From positions 1-64,000 of the IMG/VR virus record IMGVR_UViG_3300042452_000984: a stretch of DNA of 64,000 nucleotides; one strand, given 5' to 3'. Shown here piece after piece: positions 27,891 to 38,372 of the stretch. Position 1 is the stretch's first letter; every line of letters starts with the position of its first letter. Below the pieces are notes generated by a model that did not search any database, was not told the DNA's origin, and saw nothing but the letters and a program-made list of their open reading frames with translations. Made by a program: the position numbers and the translations under genes. This DNA comes from a virus.

Positions 27891-28715
27891 ATGGACCCAC
27901 AAACCCTACAAGCCTTGATGGGAGTATTCCAACAAGGCTTACAAATTCTGCAATCTGCCCAGGCGGGTGCCGGCGCGCCCCCTACCGCTGGTGCCCCCGC
28001 CGCCAATGGTGCCCCCGCCGCCAATGGTGCGCCACCCATGGCCGCCGGTGCCCCTCCCGCCATGGACCCCGACGACGAGGACATGGAAGAGGATGACGAG
28101 GACATGGATGCCCCCGATGCCATGGATGCTGATGATGACGAAGACGACATGGACGACAGCGGCATGGGTGGTTCCTCCCTGCACGATCGCGTCAGTCAGC
28201 TAGAAAACCACACCGGCCTTAAGAAAAGCGCCCGGGGTGGCTCCTTACTTGATGCCGTCGCTGCCCTCGAAGAAACTATCCTTGGCACCGAATACGAAGG
28301 TCCCCTAGTAGATCGCGTCAACCAATTAGAGAAAGCGGCAGGTATCAGCCAACGCGCCCAGGACCAAGCACCGGACGAAATCCCGCTAGAAAACTTGATC
28401 AAAAGCGCGATCGAATCCGGCATCCAACAAGCCATGGCAACCCGTGACCCGGAGGCCAACGAAGACCCGGACGCTATCCCCGACCTACGCCAGATGCGCA
28501 AAGCAGCCAAGGGCCAGCGTTATGGCAGTCGTAAGGGCGTCGCTGGCGCGATCGTCAGTGATGAGGACCTGGTAAAGAGTGCTGCCAGCCTTGGCTGGGA
28601 CGGCGATGACCTGGACCGCCCCGTGTCCTTCGGTGATGCGCTGTTGCTGCAATACCATTCACAACAAGCGGGTGAGCCACTGCCATTTTCAGCCGATGAG
28701 GCTGACGACGATTAA
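27891..28715 (+). CDS. Capsid scaffold-like acidic protein
   Basis: Between protease and capsid; acidic and coiled; LKKS, LEKA, LIKS, MRKA and LVKS motifs. Confidence 0.7.
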   Translation: MDPQTLQALMGVFQQGLQILQSAQAGAGAPPTAGAPAANGAPAANGAPPMAAGAPPAMDPDDEDMEEDDEDMDAPDAMDADDDEDDMDDSGMGGSSLHDRVSQLENHTGLKKSARGGSLLDAVAALEETILGTEYEGPLVDRVNQLEKAAGISQRAQDQAPDEIPLENLIKSAIESGIQQAMATRDPEANEDPDAIPDLRQMRKAAKGQRYGSRKGVAGAIVSDEDLVKSAASLGWDGDDLDRPVSFGDALLLQYHSQQAGEPLPFSADEADDD

Positions 28716-28743
28716 TTTAGCTACGACATAAGGACCCCAAACC

Positions 28744-29733
28744 ATGACAAACGCTGCGCTTACCCGTCGGGCGCTACTGAAATCGCTAGGCATTAGCGAT
28801 GGCGGTGGTGCCGAGGTTACCCTCCAAACCACGATCGCCTCCGAGGTGATCCCCCTGATCCGGCAACAATGCTTCATGCGGCAGATCGCTGACCGCAGCA
28901 AGAGCCTGATCAATATGACCAAGCCCAAGATCCGCATCCCCAAGCTGGTACGCGCCCAAGGTGCCTACAGCGTCAAAGCGGGCCAACCGGCGCCGGAATT
29001 TAAGGCACGACTCGACAGCATCGACCTAGTGCCCGAGAAGCTGATGACCTGGCTACCCGTGGACCAGGAAGTATTCGAGGACAGCACTATTCGAGATATT
29101 GAAGGGATGCTCAAAGAGGAAATGGCACGGGAATTTGCCCAGGCGGAAGAACTTGCCTTCCTGCTAGGGGATACCACCGTCGACCATGGCCCCGGCGACC
29201 CTAAGAATGTTTTTAATGGGTTATTCGCCCAAGCTGGAGCAACGCCCTACACCTACGACGCCTCCCTTGACACCAGCGCTAACGCTGTTGAGGCCGGTAC
29301 TGTCACCAGCAACCTGGTACGCGCCATGCGCTACCTAGGCATCTACGGACGCAATAAGCGCGACGTAGTGGTGATGGTGGGCCTAGCCTGGGAGGAAGCC
29401 CTCCTGCGTAACCGTAGCTTCCAAACCATGAGCAGCTACGCCTATGGCTCTGGCGCTGGTATCTTCACCGGTGAGATCGGACGCCTAGCCGGTGCCCCGG
29501 TCATTGCTACCACCTTCCTGGATGCGCAACCCGGTGAAACCTACGGAAAAGCCCTGGTAATGAACCAATCAGCCTTTGCTATTGGGGACTGGCAGCGATT
29601 TAACATCAGGGTATACAACGAGATCCTGAGCCAGACAGACCAAACTGCAATCAGGGCAAGGGAACGTTTAGCCTTTACCGTTCGCTACCCTGAAGCTATT
29701 GTTGAAATTCTCAACGTTCCGTCTCAACCGTAG
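28744..29733 (+). CDS. Major capsid protein (HK97 fold)
   Basis: 329 aa; EMAREFAQAEELAFLLGD, FNGLF, GRLAGAPVI and RARERLAFTVRYPEAIV. Confidence 0.9.
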   Translation: MTNAALTRRALLKSLGISDGGGAEVTLQTTIASEVIPLIRQQCFMRQIADRSKSLINMTKPKIRIPKLVRAQGAYSVKAGQPAPEFKARLDSIDLVPEKLMTWLPVDQEVFEDSTIRDIEGMLKEEMAREFAQAEELAFLLGDTTVDHGPGDPKNVFNGLFAQAGATPYTYDASLDTSANAVEAGTVTSNLVRAMRYLGIYGRNKRDVVVMVGLAWEEALLRNRSFQTMSSYAYGSGAGIFTGEIGRLAGAPVIATTFLDAQPGETYGKALVMNQSAFAIGDWQRFNIRVYNEILSQTDQTAIRARERLAFTVRYPEAIVEILNVPSQP

Positions 29734-29735
29734 TC

Positions 29736-30239
29736 ATGAAACAGTTAACCCTACATAGCGATCGCTTCCCTGGGCTAGGCGCACCGGTTCCACAGGTGCC
29801 GGGCGGCAAGCCTGGGGAGAAGGGTTCATTCACCTTTGCGGTGGATGTGCCCTACGAGGTAAGCGATGACACCGCCGCCGCGATCGCTGCCTTGCTTGAG
29901 TCCTTCGAGCCGCGCATCCAACGCCATTTCCGCCTATCGCTGGTGGACCTGAGTACGGATGCGGTAGCGATCGCCGCCCCGGTTGAGCCGGAGGCAACAC
30001 CAGAACCGGTGGCAGAACCCTTTGTCCTATCTACCGATGACCTGGAGTTAATCCAGGTGGAGGTAGAAAAGTTGAAGGGACTAACGATCGCCCAATCGAC
30101 GCCCATCGTTGAAAATACGGCTCTCAATGAAACCTTGCCGGTTGAACTGCGCCGCGCCTACCTACAGGCGGTAATCGACGCGGATACAAGCAAGGGTGTT
30201 GAAAAAAAGGCACAGGAACTCCTTAGCATCCTTAGCTAA
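29736..30239 (+). CDS. Hypothetical head-associated protein
   Basis: Position directly after the capsid gene. Confidence 0.55.
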   Translation: MKQLTLHSDRFPGLGAPVPQVPGGKPGEKGSFTFAVDVPYEVSDDTAAAIAALLESFEPRIQRHFRLSLVDLSTDAVAIAAPVEPEATPEPVAEPFVLSTDDLELIQVEVEKLKGLTIAQSTPIVENTALNETLPVELRRAYLQAVIDADTSKGVEKKAQELLSILS

Positions 30240-31576
30240 TGCCTGTCACCTATGGCACCTCGTTCGAGTATCCCTGGTTGGATAATTGGCCCATTGACAT
30301 ACAGTTGTGGGCCAACTCCAACCGGGGACCGGGCGATGAACTCGACCTAACACCGGCTACTATTACCGTCCTGGGGGTAAGTGTCCCCAGGGCATTGACG
30401 GTACGCTGGCGGGATGGCAACAATGCGATCGCGGTCAGTAGCACGACGGTAATTAGCATCCGCCATGCCAAACGGGGCGTGGTGCGGGTGGTGCCAGACC
30501 AAAGCATCTGGGACAAGATCAAACTTGACCAGGGCTATACGCTGGAGGTAATCGCCTATGGCACCCTTCAGCATAGTGAACCCTTCACCACCGCTACGCC
30601 GCCCAAGGCGACTAGCTACTGTGTCAACGGTGCTCTAGTCTATGCCGCCCCTAGGGAGGTGCTAGAGGTGCTAGGAAGCGTCCCTGGCGCATCGGTTCAG
30701 ATTGCCGTCCCCCTGGTGGGGCTGGACTGGGAACTAAATGCCCTAGGTTACTGGGAGGCGGAACTAGCCGACGACCAGGTGTTGTATGGGCTATGGGTGG
30801 ATGACCAACACGCTGCCCAGGTGGATTACAAAGACTTGGCTACCCGCTACGAACGGAGCTGGGCCAGGGTAGGCAGCACCCTTTACTACAACGGCCCGGA
30901 GAACCTAACGACAACCTACGTGGAAACCGCCTATAGCCGCTATGTACTGCGATGCCTGGAGGAAGCGACGGCTGAAGCAGAGCGCCGCACCGGTAGACGG
31001 TTTGCCAAATGGCGATACATCCGTCAGGCGTACAATGGCCTTAGCCGTCAGCGACAGGTCCACCTGCGCGAACGTCCTTTGGTTATTGATGAATTTTTTA
31101 GGATAGATGCCCTCAGCTATAGCCGCACCCTATTTAGGCGCTATACCGAAAAGGACTTTAACCCGCTCAATATTCGCAGCAGCGGCGCCCAATTGCTCCA
31201 CGGCGACGCCGAGACCGGTGTAGTCACCATCAACCAAAATATTTGGGACTATTGGGACTGGGGCTATGCCGTTGGCGCTGATATTGGCATTGGTACGTTT
31301 GCTACCCTACCGCCCGGTATGAACAACGTAGAACTTACCTACACCGCCGGGTGGGACAAGATCCCCACCGACATTGCTGAGGCGATCGCCAACATGGCCG
31401 CCGTCCGGCAAGCAATTTTCTGGCAACAAGCGCTCACCCAGGGGATGCAGGCGCTTTCGATTGGTTGTGTGAATTTGAACTTTGGACAACTGTTCACCCA
31501 GTTTTCACCAAGCTGGCAACTATCGGCCAACTTGATACTAGATAGCTACGCTCGACTTGACCTAGACATTTTGTAA
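30239..31576 (+). CDS. Head-tail adaptor (gp6/gp15-like C-terminus)
   Basis: EEATAEAERRTGRRF and NVELTYTAGWDKIPTDIAEA; position. Confidence 0.65.
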   Translation: MPVTYGTSFEYPWLDNWPIDIQLWANSNRGPGDELDLTPATITVLGVSVPRALTVRWRDGNNAIAVSSTTVISIRHAKRGVVRVVPDQSIWDKIKLDQGYTLEVIAYGTLQHSEPFTTATPPKATSYCVNGALVYAAPREVLEVLGSVPGASVQIAVPLVGLDWELNALGYWEAELADDQVLYGLWVDDQHAAQVDYKDLATRYERSWARVGSTLYYNGPENLTTTYVETAYSRYVLRCLEEATAEAERRTGRRFAKWRYIRQAYNGLSRQRQVHLRERPLVIDEFFRIDALSYSRTLFRRYTEKDFNPLNIRSSGAQLLHGDAETGVVTINQNIWDYWDWGYAVGADIGIGTFATLPPGMNNVELTYTAGWDKIPTDIAEAIANMAAVRQAIFWQQALTQGMQALSIGCVNLNFGQLFTQFSPSWQLSANLILDSYARLDLDIL

Positions 31577-31586
31577 GGAAACGACC

Positions 31587-32405
31587 ATGCCTCTCAATCC
31601 CCAAACCTCCCCCTTTCCCCCCATCTCTCAGCCCGAGCAAGGCTGGGAGCATAGCCTACGCAAAAGCCTGGAATACCTACAACCCGGTGAAGGCATCCGC
31701 GCCGGGCTAGAGCTAGGCTTGCCGCTCAGTAGCGGTGCGGTAACGACCGGGCTCACCCCTACCCTTACCTCTGGCGTGATCGTCGAGGGCGACAAGATCA
31801 TTGGCCCCTACGGCCCCAAGGTGACCGCTGCGGCTGCCAAAAACCTGAGCAACAAAAATATCTACTTCGGGCTCCAAGGGCTCACCTACGGCGATACCAA
31901 CAACGCCGCGCCCCTAGTCAGCGATGTGCTAATCGGTAGCCTTTCTACCGACAATGAAGCCACCGCCTCAATCCTGCACATTGGCCAGCAGTACAACTAT
32001 GGCGCCTGTCGCTTTGGCGTGCGGGGTGTCGTTAACCTAGCCAAATGCGCCAAGGGTTCAGACGTTACCTTTTTCACCTGGAGCGTCCCTGCTATCGGGC
32101 TTAAGAATGTACGGCTGACCTATGCCCATGCCCGAGTCGCGATCGCGGCTACCGCTGGCAATACTACAGGCGACGACTTTCTGTTGAAGGTGAAGCAAGG
32201 CGCCGCTAGCGCTGAAACTTTGGTGACCATTGCTGCCGCTTCCTTGGTAACCGCTGGCACCGTCGTTCGAGATGTGGCTGCTAGTGCTGACGCCCTGTCC
32301 TGGTACGATGTACCTTCTCTGACCTTCCAGTACAACCAGACCGACACCTCCACCGTGATCGCCGGTGGGGCTATCGAGGTGATGGCTATCCTGGAAATGT
32401 TCTAG
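31587..32405 (+). CDS. Virion structural protein (decoration or fibre-like)
   Basis: Beta-rich and Thr/Ala/Gly-rich; lies in the morphogenesis operon. Confidence 0.5.
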   Translation: MPLNPQTSPFPPISQPEQGWEHSLRKSLEYLQPGEGIRAGLELGLPLSSGAVTTGLTPTLTSGVIVEGDKIIGPYGPKVTAAAAKNLSNKNIYFGLQGLTYGDTNNAAPLVSDVLIGSLSTDNEATASILHIGQQYNYGACRFGVRGVVNLAKCAKGSDVTFFTWSVPAIGLKNVRLTYAHARVAIAATAGNTTGDDFLLKVKQGAASAETLVTIAAASLVTAGTVVRDVAASADALSWYDVPSLTFQYNQTDTSTVIAGGAIEVMAILEMF

Positions 32406-32407
32406 TC

Positions 32408-32917
32408 ATGCAGCCTAGCCTCGGTTTTACAGAGACACCGCAAGGCATCTTCATTCGCCAGGCGATCGCCGCGATCGCGTCCAATCCAATGGTTGGCACC
32501 ACTGTCTACCATTGGAAGGCGGTGGAGGCCAAGCAGGCGACCTACAACGAGGCTGGGCAGCCTGACTATTTAGCGCCTGCAAGCGGGTTGTTTGACTCCG
32601 GCATCGACTACCGGCCCAACCCAAACAACCCACTGAAGGGCATTTTCTGCAGGCCCAAACAAACGCCATTCCAGGACAAGGGCGGCATCTACTACCAGGG
32701 CGAGGCAAGCCTTTACCTGGCGCAAGATCCGGGTGAGGTATTTGTGGTGGTCAACGATCGCCCAAAGCGTCAGGACCGATTTCAGATAGCAGGCGGCATC
32801 TATTACGCCACCGCGCCGGTGATGCCGTGCCAGATGGGTGATACCGTTGCCGCCTTTCAAGTTTTTCTATCCCGCGAACGGTTTGGAGTAAAAGAAGATG
32901 GGTTATCGCGTTATTGA
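32408..32917 (+). CDS. Putative head closure/neck protein
   Basis: Size and position. Confidence 0.5.
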   Translation: MQPSLGFTETPQGIFIRQAIAAIASNPMVGTTVYHWKAVEAKQATYNEAGQPDYLAPASGLFDSGIDYRPNPNNPLKGIFCRPKQTPFQDKGGIYYQGEASLYLAQDPGEVFVVVNDRPKRQDRFQIAGGIYYATAPVMPCQMGDTVAAFQVFLSRERFGVKEDGLSRY

Positions 32918-33104
32918 TACCACCGGCGAGATTAAGCAAGGTTCCATCTACCTACCGGTAGCTAAGCTGGTAGCGATCGGGGAGCCGGTGGTGGGTGTGC
33001 AGGTAGTCGCCCTCCAGGAGGAGTTAAGCGCTATCTATGGCGATCGCTTCAAGGTAGAAGAAATCACCGCCCCCAAGCCCGCTAAGGAAGCCGCAGCTAA
33101 ATAA
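32898..33104 (+). CDS. Small virion-operon protein
   Basis: Coupled to its neighbours. Confidence 0.55.
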   Translation: MGYRVIDTTGEIKQGSIYLPVAKLVAIGEPVVGVQVVALQEELSAIYGDRFKVEEITAPKPAKEAAAK

Positions 33105-33697
33105 TGGCTTACCGCTATGCCATCAACCTGAAGTCTGGCCAGTTTGGGCTGGGCCAGGTGAAGGAGCTGATCCCTGAGATCGCCAAGGTAGCGATCCAGG
33201 ATGCCTCCGACCTAATTACCACCTACGGCAAAGAGCACCTAAGCGGGGTGCCCTTCAGCAGCCGTACTGGCGGCCATGTCATTCAAAAACGCACCGGACG
33301 CGGTGCCGCTAGCGTCCAGGCGGAGTATCCCTACGGTTCTCCCTTTCGCTCTCGCATCTATGCCTCTGCGATGACCCGCTACGCGGACAACCCGGAGGAA
33401 TGGAACTACCTTGCCATCCTGGAGACAGGCCGGGGTGAGGTGCGCCCTAAGTACACCCCTAGCGCTAAGGCTGGCTATGCGTCCAAAGCACGACTTACGA
33501 TCCCAGGCGGCAATCATCAGCTTGTCAATGGCGAGAACGGCTTTAGGGGCATTAGTGGCCGTTATTTCTTTGCCAAGACGTTACCGCCAATGGCTGGTAA
33601 GTACTGGTTCGAGTCAGCCGTCAACCGGGCGGACCCGGAAATCCAACAGGCGATCGCGGCGGCGGTTCAAGACGTTCTAAAGGAGCATGGCTTCTGA
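33104..33697 (+). CDS. Neck protein (HK97 gp10-like)
   Basis: RTG...SV, YLAILETG and PPMAGKYWFESA pattern. Confidence 0.6.
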   Translation: MAYRYAINLKSGQFGLGQVKELIPEIAKVAIQDASDLITTYGKEHLSGVPFSSRTGGHVIQKRTGRGAASVQAEYPYGSPFRSRIYASAMTRYADNPEEWNYLAILETGRGEVRPKYTPSAKAGYASKARLTIPGGNHQLVNGENGFRGISGRYFFAKTLPPMAGKYWFESAVNRADPEIQQAIAAAVQDVLKEHGF

Positions 33698-33748
33698 TGC
33701 TATGGTTTATCGCGATCGCCGCTTTCTTGATCATTCTCCTCTTCGAGA

Positions 33749-34504
33749 TTGCCATCAATGGATAGCAACCTAGCGGGAGGTGAAAGCGCCCTTTTCGGGG
33801 AACGGTTCCCCTACCCCTGTGATGGAAAAACCGTCCTACTAGACATTGCCCGACAATTTGCCAAGGACGTTAATGAGGCGGCCATCAAGCGCCTTAAAAC
33901 AGACCATGGGGATAGTCGCGCTAGCCAATGGCTACCATTGGATGTGACTAGCGCCTATCCGACCGCCCGTCAACACTGCCCGCGCATCGCTATCCTCCGG
34001 CTCGGCTCAACCAATAAACCCACCGGGGTGGACTTGGACTGGCATGAAGAGCCCGTACAACTGCCCGGGCGTGGGTTGACGGTTCGTAAATTTTCAGGGC
34101 TACTGGTTAACGACCAACTAGAGGCGGCCATCTGTTGTACTAATGAACGCCTACGCGATGACCTGCATATCTGGTTCCAGCAATATTGCCTAGACGCGAC
34201 GCTGTGGGCACTTCCACAACTGAGGACACTCGGCTTTTATCAACTGAACTGTACTAATGCCGCCGATGACCAGGTGGAGTACCAAGGCACCCAGAGTCAG
34301 CCAGGGTTTGAGTTTTACGTGTCCCGCCTAACCTTTGCTGCCACCTACGACCTATCGGTAGTGACTGATGTGGATCAGTTGCAGCACATTTTCAGTTGGG
34401 AAAATTTCACCGCCGGTGGCCAATGGTCTGGTGCAGCAGGCGAAGGGTTGAACCAACTTAACGACATCACTCCCCCGGATAGACTCTATGCCGATAACGC
34501 TTGA
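33749..34504 (+). CDS. Putative tail terminator/completion protein
   Basis: Position before the sheath gene. Confidence 0.5.
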   Translation: MPSMDSNLAGGESALFGERFPYPCDGKTVLLDIARQFAKDVNEAAIKRLKTDHGDSRASQWLPLDVTSAYPTARQHCPRIAILRLGSTNKPTGVDLDWHEEPVQLPGRGLTVRKFSGLLVNDQLEAAICCTNERLRDDLHIWFQQYCLDATLWALPQLRTLGFYQLNCTNAADDQVEYQGTQSQPGFEFYVSRLTFAATYDLSVVTDVDQLQHIFSWENFTAGGQWSGAAGEGLNQLNDITPPDRLYADNA

Positions 34505-34640
34505 ATTATTCGCTAATCAATACCTGTCAGACCATCAACGCGCCGCCGCCCTGGCAACGCTGGCAGACTACACCGAGCCGCGATCGCTAGACGAATGGCG
34601 ACGGCTATGGCAACGGGCATTACTCACTCCAGTTCAATAG
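34488..34640 (+). CDS. Small protein (50 aa, MPITLELFANQY...)
   Basis: Translated by hand; fills the gap before the sheath gene. Confidence 0.5.
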   Translation: MPITLELFANQYLSDHQRAAALATLADYTEPRSLDEWRRLWQRALLTPVQ

Positions 34641-34649
34641 GAAACTCCC

Positions 34650-37064
34650 ATGGCTTCTAGTGTTGTTTTCGGTCGGCCCGTCAGCCGTATTTTGCAACCC
34701 GGTGCCTACACCCAGGTGGATGCCTCCGCCCTGGAGTTGGCCCAGGAATTTGCCCCCAATGTTGTTTGTGTGCTAGGTGCAGCCCTAGGTGGCACGCCCC
34801 TGACCACCTACGCATTCAAAAATGCTAACCAAGCCCAGCAGGTATTTGGTGCTGGTTCACCCTTGGCTGATGCCATCACCCTTACCTTTCGCGGTGGCGT
34901 CAAGGGCGGTGCGCCCCTAGTGCTAGGGGTACGGGCGGACAATTCCGCCAAAGCCTCCGGCACCCTCACCAACAATGGCACCACCCTAGTGGGTGAATTT
35001 AAGGACTTTGGCGGCTACGGCAATACCTTCAGTGTTCAGTTTTTACCCGGCTCCATCCAGGGTACCCAGGCGGTGATTGCTGGCACCCAACTCAATGGGA
35101 CAGCCTATAAGCAGACCATTGACAATGTCCCCTCTGTCTCCCAGTTGCTTGAGCGCTTAAATGCTGAGTCACCGGTATCGGTGCGGGCCACCGCTGGCGG
35201 CACCAAGGCAACCCAGACCCTAACGATCGCTACTTCCACCAGTGACGGCAAGGCAACACTGACCGGCGCTAGTGAGATTACCAATGCCGCATTCTTCTAC
35301 CAATACCCGGCTAGCTTGCGGGTGAATACCACCGACTCGCTCGCCTTCTCCTGGGATGGGACTAACCTAACCCCAACGCCTGCCACCGTGACGGTATCAG
35401 CGGCCCTGCCCGCCACTGTCAACGGCACCTACAACGTTGTCCGCAAGGAGAACGTTTACACCCAAGCGGTTACTAACATGGCGGTCACCACCACCGCCTA
35501 TGGTGCTAATATCTACCGCTTTGCCCTGCCTAGTGGCCAAACCTGGCAGCATGCCACCAACAAAGGTATTATTGGCTCTACCTTTACCATCGCCTCCGGT
35601 GACTACGCCGGCACCTATCAGATTGTTCATTACGAATGGGATGGCACCGGCTTAGACCGGGTGCGCACGGTGCAAAAGCTAGACGCTGGCACCATTGCCG
35701 CTGGCACCGCCGCTAGTGCGTCCCTAGTGTTCCGGCAAACCCTGGTGGTAGATCCGCCCTCCCAGCCTGCCACTGAAGCGATCGAGACCCAGCTACCCGC
35801 CAATGGCATCCTGCAACGGGGTGGCCAATACCTGAGCCTGTCGCTTACCCCCAGCGATCGCGCCGAAGGCCCCCTAACGGTGTTCTACTCCACCCTGCCT
35901 GGCGATACCATCCAGGCGGTAGGCATCGAGCTAGCCCGACTAATTAACGAGTCCAATGACTGGAGCGCCTACGCTGTTGCCAGCGCCGCCTACAATGCAG
36001 GCACCTACACCAGCACCATCACCCTGACCGCCGTGCCCCCGGGCATCAGCGCCAATGGCTGGAAGACTAATATCCTGGTTAACACCCAGACGACGGTGCT
36101 GGTGGCCGCCGGTGGTGTTGCCCTGGCCGGTGGCATTGACCCATTGCCGCCCAGCGGTTCCATTATCCTTAGCGGTGGCTTCGACTCTGTTCCTACCCTG
36201 CAACGATGGCTGGAAGCCCTCGATAAGGTGAAATATACGCCCCTGCGCTACTTGGTGCCCGCTGGCGTCACCGATGCAGGCGTCCAAGCGGCCTTTGCCG
36301 ACCATTGTCGATTGATGTCTACCACCGCCCAACGGCGGGAACGCATCTGCATCCTAGGCCACGCCCTAGGCTGGACTCAATCACAAATCCGGGCCAGGGC
36401 GGAAACCTTTAACAGCGAGCGGGTAGTATTTGTCTCCCCCGGACTGCGCATGGCGGACCTGGTGACCGGCAGCCAACGTACCTACTCCTCTGCCTATGCC
36501 ACTACCGCGATCGTGGCGGGGATGCTAGCGGCTGAAGGGAATGGCGTCTCTGACCCGATTACCCATACCTTCCTAACCAATATCACCGCTGCTGAATTTG
36601 AGTACCAACCCGGTAGCACCGAGCTAGATGATGCGATCGTCTCCGGCATTCTAACCATCGAGCGGGACCCTACCCTGGTGCGGGAGTCCCGGGGCTTCCG
36701 GGTGACCCGGGCCATTACCACCGCCCGTTCCTCTGTGGTATTTGAGCAAATCTCGATCATCAACCAGAGCGACTACGTGGCTCAGACGGTACGCGACCTG
36801 GAGGAAACCCTATTTATCGGCAAGGCGCTAGACGGCACCACCCTGGGGCTTATCCGCGAGGCGGTGAACCTGACTCTAGATCGGCTCAGCGGCCAAGCCA
36901 TTATCTATGGCTACGACCCTAGCTTTACGGTGGCGACGCTCAACCAAACCAACCGCAGCGCGATCGACGTGACCTACAAGATCTACCCGGCCCCCGCGAT
37001 CGACTTTATCCTGAACTCGCAAATCCTGGCGCCGGTGCCAGATACCGCCACCGTGGCCGCGTAA
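34650..37064 (+). CDS. Contractile tail sheath protein
   Basis: N-terminal QPGAYTQVD; LSGGFD; AIVAGMLA; C-terminal YKIYPAPAIDFI. Confidence 0.88.
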   Translation: MASSVVFGRPVSRILQPGAYTQVDASALELAQEFAPNVVCVLGAALGGTPLTTYAFKNANQAQQVFGAGSPLADAITLTFRGGVKGGAPLVLGVRADNSAKASGTLTNNGTTLVGEFKDFGGYGNTFSVQFLPGSIQGTQAVIAGTQLNGTAYKQTIDNVPSVSQLLERLNAESPVSVRATAGGTKATQTLTIATSTSDGKATLTGASEITNAAFFYQYPASLRVNTTDSLAFSWDGTNLTPTPATVTVSAALPATVNGTYNVVRKENVYTQAVTNMAVTTTAYGANIYRFALPSGQTWQHATNKGIIGSTFTIASGDYAGTYQIVHYEWDGTGLDRVRTVQKLDAGTIAAGTAASASLVFRQTLVVDPPSQPATEAIETQLPANGILQRGGQYLSLSLTPSDRAEGPLTVFYSTLPGDTIQAVGIELARLINESNDWSAYAVASAAYNAGTYTSTITLTAVPPGISANGWKTNILVNTQTTVLVAAGGVALAGGIDPLPPSGSIILSGGFDSVPTLQRWLEALDKVKYTPLRYLVPAGVTDAGVQAAFADHCRLMSTTAQRRERICILGHALGWTQSQIRARAETFNSERVVFVSPGLRMADLVTGSQRTYSSAYATTAIVAGMLAAEGNGVSDPITHTFLTNITAAEFEYQPGSTELDDAIVSGILTIERDPTLVRESRGFRVTRAITTARSSVVFEQISIINQSDYVAQTVRDLEETLFIGKALDGTTLGLIREAVNLTLDRLSGQAIIYGYDPSFTVATLNQTNRSAIDVTYKIYPAPAIDFILNSQILAPVPDTATVAA

Positions 37065-37100
37065 GCCTAACCAACCTTATTCACCCCAGGAGGTGTTATT

Positions 37101-37667
37101 TTGGCCTTCCGTACCCAATACAGCAGGGTTGAAAATTCTGTCCTTGCTAGGGCTGAATACAGCCTTGACATTGCTCTAGTCATCAACGGGTTACGCCTAG
37201 GGCGAATCCAGTCGATTTCGATCTCCGCCCAAACCCAGGCAAGACCCGCTATCGAAATTGGCAGCGATCGCGCTGTCGAATTTGTCCCTGGCATCAAACA
37301 ATACCAAGGGCGAATCAGCTCCATGCTGCTCAAGTATGGCGACTTGATGAAACGCTTGGCATCGGTGTCTGGTGGCATCATCGATCGCACCAGCCGAGCG
37401 GCGACCATCACCAACATGCCCGAGTTCGACATTGTGATTGCCCGTCGGGGCAGTGCCGGGGTAGGCGTCCCTCAGCTCTATGCCCCCACCCAAGGCCCCC
37501 AGGACCTATCCGGTGGTGGCGGCATCATTGGCACGATCTTTGGTTGTGTGATCAACTCCTGGGAGTGTAATTTCACCGCCCAGGACACCTTGATCATGGA
37601 AAACGTGTCCTTCTCAGCGATTGACCAAACCCTAAGCGATGGCGGCGGGTTGATCGCGCTTCCCTAG
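37101..37667 (+). CDS. Tail tube protein
   Basis: Follows the sheath; IEIGSDRAVEFVPG and IMENVSFSA; AGGAGG RBS with TTG start. Confidence 0.8.
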   Translation: MAFRTQYSRVENSVLARAEYSLDIALVINGLRLGRIQSISISAQTQARPAIEIGSDRAVEFVPGIKQYQGRISSMLLKYGDLMKRLASVSGGIIDRTSRAATITNMPEFDIVIARRGSAGVGVPQLYAPTQGPQDLSGGGGIIGTIFGCVINSWECNFTAQDTLIMENVSFSAIDQTLSDGGGLIALP

Positions 37668-37687
37668 TTCTTTAATGCGAGTGCAAA

Positions 37688-38125
37688 ATGACGACCGTAA
37701 CAATGACCGTGACGGGGTTTGAGCGGCTAGGCACCTTAGTCGTTCGACCCCGCACCTTTAACGACTCCATGTTTTTAATTCCTGCTTGCCAGGACCGGTT
37801 CATTAACCGTGCCCTGGCGGAGGCAGGCATTGAGGGGGTAGACGCAGGCGACCAGCTACGGTATAACGCCCTGGTGGTAGCGATCGCCCAGGCGGTGATT
37901 GTAGAACCAGTCGGGTTTGTGGAGCAGTTGCTAACCTCTACCAATTCAGAGGACTTTCAATTTTTTGGCAAATTTGCTGAGGAGTATTCCGCCTGGTTGG
38001 ACCAGCAGGTTGAGGATGCCCAAGCAAAAAAATCTGGGACGGTAGCGACAGCGGACGATGGGAAAAAATCTGTTTCATCCTCCGCGATCGCTACCGACTC
38101 CTCCCAACTGACCCTCGATGGTTAG
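37688..38125 (+). CDS. Tail assembly chaperone (G-like)
   Basis: Between tube and tape measure; contains a slippery site. Confidence 0.75.
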   Translation: MTTVTMTVTGFERLGTLVVRPRTFNDSMFLIPACQDRFINRALAEAGIEGVDAGDQLRYNALVVAIAQAVIVEPVGFVEQLLTSTNSEDFQFFGKFAEEYSAWLDQQVEDAQAKKSGTVATADDGKKSVSSSAIATDSSQLTLDG

Positions 38126-38298
38126 CAATGACAGAGGCTCAGGTGATCCTAGAGTATCGGCAAGTGATTGAGCTAGAGCAAGAACGCAATGCCGACGGCA
38201 ATCCAGACAATAACGAATTCCACGACGATAGCTACCAGCAAGAGCTAAGGGAACTTGGGGTAACGCCTGAGATGCTCGACCAGATGCGTGGGAAATAG
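38026..38298 (+). other. Programmed -1 frameshift (A AAA AAA) and GT-type extension
   Basis: The -1 frame stays open to TAG 38296-38298 and encodes ...RYRLLPTDPRWLAMTEAQVILEY... Confidence 0.75.
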
Positions 38299-38320
38299 CT
38301 TTAAGTTGCACCCGCAAGAT

Positions 38321-38365
38321 GCCCCCGTTGTTACCTCCCTCGTAACGACGGGGGCTTTTCTTATT
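38321..38365 (+). terminator. Hairpin / intrinsic terminator before the tape measure gene
   Basis: gcccccgttgttac...gtaacgacgggggc followed by ttttctt. Confidence 0.65.
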
Positions 38366-38372
38366 TACGGCC

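Noticed and set aside
27985-28040. ggtgcccccgccgccaat tandem repeats
   Set aside because: They encode a low-complexity GAPAAN linker in the scaffold; no separate function is evident
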